Source of the DNA: an uncultured Verrucomicrobiota bacterium
Lineage (GTDB): Bacteria > Verrucomicrobiota > Kiritimatiellia > CAIQIC01 > GWF2-57-35
Direction: 5' to 3'
DNA length: 17,261 nucleotides
Assembly: GCA_964521805.1 (NCBI GenBank)
Contig: CAZFSE010000039.1
Span: 1-17,261, forward strand
The notes under the pieces were generated by a model. That model ran no database searches, was not told the DNA's origin, and was given only the letters and a program-made list of their open reading frames with translations. The first letter of the stretch is position 1. Each line of letters starts with the position of its first letter. This document shows positions 15,763-17,261 of this stretch, piece by piece. The translations under genes and the position numbers were made by a program.

Positions 15763-17172
15763 ATGTGGCCTGTCATTATTCTGGCGTTTGTCATCCTGGT
15801 CGTTTCGACGATTATCTTTCTGGCGGCCCGCTACAAGCGGTGCCCGTCCGACCGCATCCTGGTGATCTATGGCAAGGTGGCGGATAACCGTTCCGCCCGT
15901 TGCATGCACGGCGGAGGCACGATGGTCTGGCCCCTGATTCAGGACTATGCCTTCCTGAGCCTGACGCCGATGACGATCAGCATTCCGCTCCAGAATGCGC
16001 TCTCGATGCAGAACATCCGCATCAACGTGCCCAGCACGTTCACGGTGGGCATCAGCGTGGACCCGAACATCATGCTCAACGCGGCCGAGCGCCTGCTGGG
16101 GCTTGAAAGCACGGACATCGAGGCGATGGCCAAGGAAATCATCTTCGGCCAGTTGCGTCTGACGGTGGCCTCGCTGACGATTGAGCAGATCAACCAGGAC
16201 CGCGAGAGTTTCCTGGAATCCATCCGGAAGAATGTCGAACCTGAGCTCAACAAGATTGGGCTGTACCTGATCAATGTCAACATCACGGACATCACCGATG
16301 AGTCCATTTACATTGAGAGCATCGGCAAGAAGGCGGCCTCAGAGGCCGTCAACCGCGCGAAGGTGGATGTGGCCGAGAACGACAAGATGGGCGCGATCGG
16401 CCAGGCCGAAGCGACCCGCGAGCAGACCGTGCGCGTGGCGGAGAATCTGGCCGCCGCTGAGAAGGGCAAGAAGAAGGCCGAGGCGGACCAGCGCATTTAT
16501 GTGCAGGGGCAGGAGGCGCAGGCCGTCGGCGGCGAAAACACCGCCAAGGCGGATATCGCCGATTCCAACGCCCTGCTGGCGGTGAAGCAAGCCGCCGCCA
16601 TGCAGAAGGCGGAGGTGGCCAAGCGTGAGGCGCAGGTGCAGATTCAGAAGGCCCAGTACCTGGCCGAGCAGGAGCGTTTGAATGCGGAGGAAGTCGTCCA
16701 GAAGGAAATTGACAAGCGCAAGATCGAGATTTCCGCCGAGGCCGAAGCCGAGCGGGTGCGCCGCGAGGCGAAGGGGCAGGCCGATGGCATTCTGTTGAAG
16801 TACGAAGCCGAAGCCAAGGGCGTGCGGCAGGTGCTCGACAGCAAGGCCGCCGGGTATGCCTCGCTCGTGAAGAGTTGCAATGGCGATGCCAAGGCTGCCG
16901 CGACCTTCCTCATGGTGGAAAAAATCGAGCAGGTGGTGGCCCGCCAGGTCGAGGCCATTCGCAATCTCAAGATCGACAAGATCACGGTCTGGGATTCCGC
17001 CAGCGGAGACGGCAAGGGTTCCTCGACCGCCAATTTTGTTTCCAGCCTGATCAAGAGCGTGCCTCCGTTGCAGGATGTCGCTTCCATGGCGGGTGTGGAA
17101 CTGCCGGAGTACCTGGGCCGGATGGTGGACACCTCCGTCAAGAAGGCGCCGGCCCCCGAGGGGCACAAATAG
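15763..17172 (+). CDS. Flotillin-like SPFH/band-7 domain protein (YqiK/FloT-like)
   Basis: An N-terminal TM helix is followed by an SPFH domain and a long Glu/Ala/Lys-rich coiled-coil region with EA repeats (AEAEAERVRREAKGQADGILLKYEAEAKG), which is the flotillin architecture. The ATG at 15763 has AAGGGAG 8 nt upstream; the alternative GTG at 15754 has no spacer. Confidence 0.85.
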   Translation: MWPVIILAFVILVVSTIIFLAARYKRCPSDRILVIYGKVADNRSARCMHGGGTMVWPLIQDYAFLSLTPMTISIPLQNALSMQNIRINVPSTFTVGISVDPNIMLNAAERLLGLESTDIEAMAKEIIFGQLRLTVASLTIEQINQDRESFLESIRKNVEPELNKIGLYLINVNITDITDESIYIESIGKKAASEAVNRAKVDVAENDKMGAIGQAEATREQTVRVAENLAAAEKGKKKAEADQRIYVQGQEAQAVGGENTAKADIADSNALLAVKQAAAMQKAEVAKREAQVQIQKAQYLAEQERLNAEEVVQKEIDKRKIEISAEAEAERVRREAKGQADGILLKYEAEAKGVRQVLDSKAAGYASLVKSCNGDAKAAATFLMVEKIEQVVARQVEAIRNLKIDKITVWDSASGDGKGSSTANFVSSLIKSVPPLQDVASMAGVELPEYLGRMVDTSVKKAPAPEGHK

Positions 17173-17214
17173 GCGCCCCGCCGGGATGCCGCGCAAAAGT
17201 TTTCCAAGGGTTTA

Positions 17215-17244
17215 CCCCGACTATTCGGGGTTGGAACTTTTTTT
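17215..17244 (+). terminator. Candidate intrinsic terminator of the nfeD-flotillin operon
   Basis: Hairpin ccccga-ctat-tcgggg (6-bp GC-rich stem, 17215-17230) followed 7 nt later by T7 (17238-17244). A second 8-bp inverted repeat, ggttggaa...ttccaacc (17229-17236 / 17253-17260), spans the T-run. Confidence 0.45.
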
Positions 17245-17261
17245 ACAAAATCTTCCAACCC

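Noticed and set aside
16339-17196. 285-aa minus-strand ORF inside the flotillin gene, and other long antisense ORFs (6719..7417, 7098..8390, 1064..1825, 7580..8230)
   Set aside because: All are antisense to, or out of frame with, confidently assigned genes. They have low-complexity R/G/P/A-rich translations and are GC-driven open frames.
1-17261. CRISPR arrays, rRNA, IS elements
   Set aside because: No regularly spaced direct repeats, no rRNA-like conserved stretches, and no transposase-like ORFs were found by inspection.

Overview
This is a high-G+C bacterial chromosomal segment with dense, mostly operonic coding. All annotation is by reading the translated ORFs and the DNA by eye; no searches were possible.

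Gene content, left to right:
1. An AbiEii-type nucleotidyltransferase toxin with a short overlapping upstream partner ORF (minus strand). This module looks lower in G+C than its surroundings and sits 13 nt downstream of the next gene.
2. An SGLT-like sodium:sugar symporter of the SSS family (minus strand).
3. A co-directional four-gene polyphosphate cluster on the minus strand: ROK glucokinase, Ppx/GppA exopolyphosphatase, polyphosphate kinase 1, and a CHAD-domain protein. The junctions are tight or overlapping, including an ATGA overlap between ppk and the CHAD gene.
4. A lipoprotein cyclophilin PPIase (minus strand), divergent from an FHA-domain membrane protein (plus strand) that carries an uncharacterised C-terminal domain.
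5. tRNA (m7G46) methyltransferase TrmB (minus strand).
6. Two tandem mevalonate-kinase-like GHMP kinases (plus strand).
7. A visibly lower-G+C segment of about 1.4 kb containing an ECF-sigma region-4-like gene fragment and an AGAT/StrB1-family amidinotransferase. The amidinotransferase carries a Sec-type signal peptide, which is unexpected for this normally cytoplasmic family.
8. An NfeD-like/flotillin (SPFH) gene pair ending in a hairpin plus T-run.

The most interesting candidates are the exported amidinotransferase islet flanked by imperfect direct repeats, the glucokinase-ppx-ppk-CHAD operon (possible polyP-linked glucose phosphorylation), and the FHA protein with an unknown periplasmic domain. 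No rRNA, tRNA or CRISPR array was seen. The many long antisense ORFs are judged to be high-GC shadow frames.
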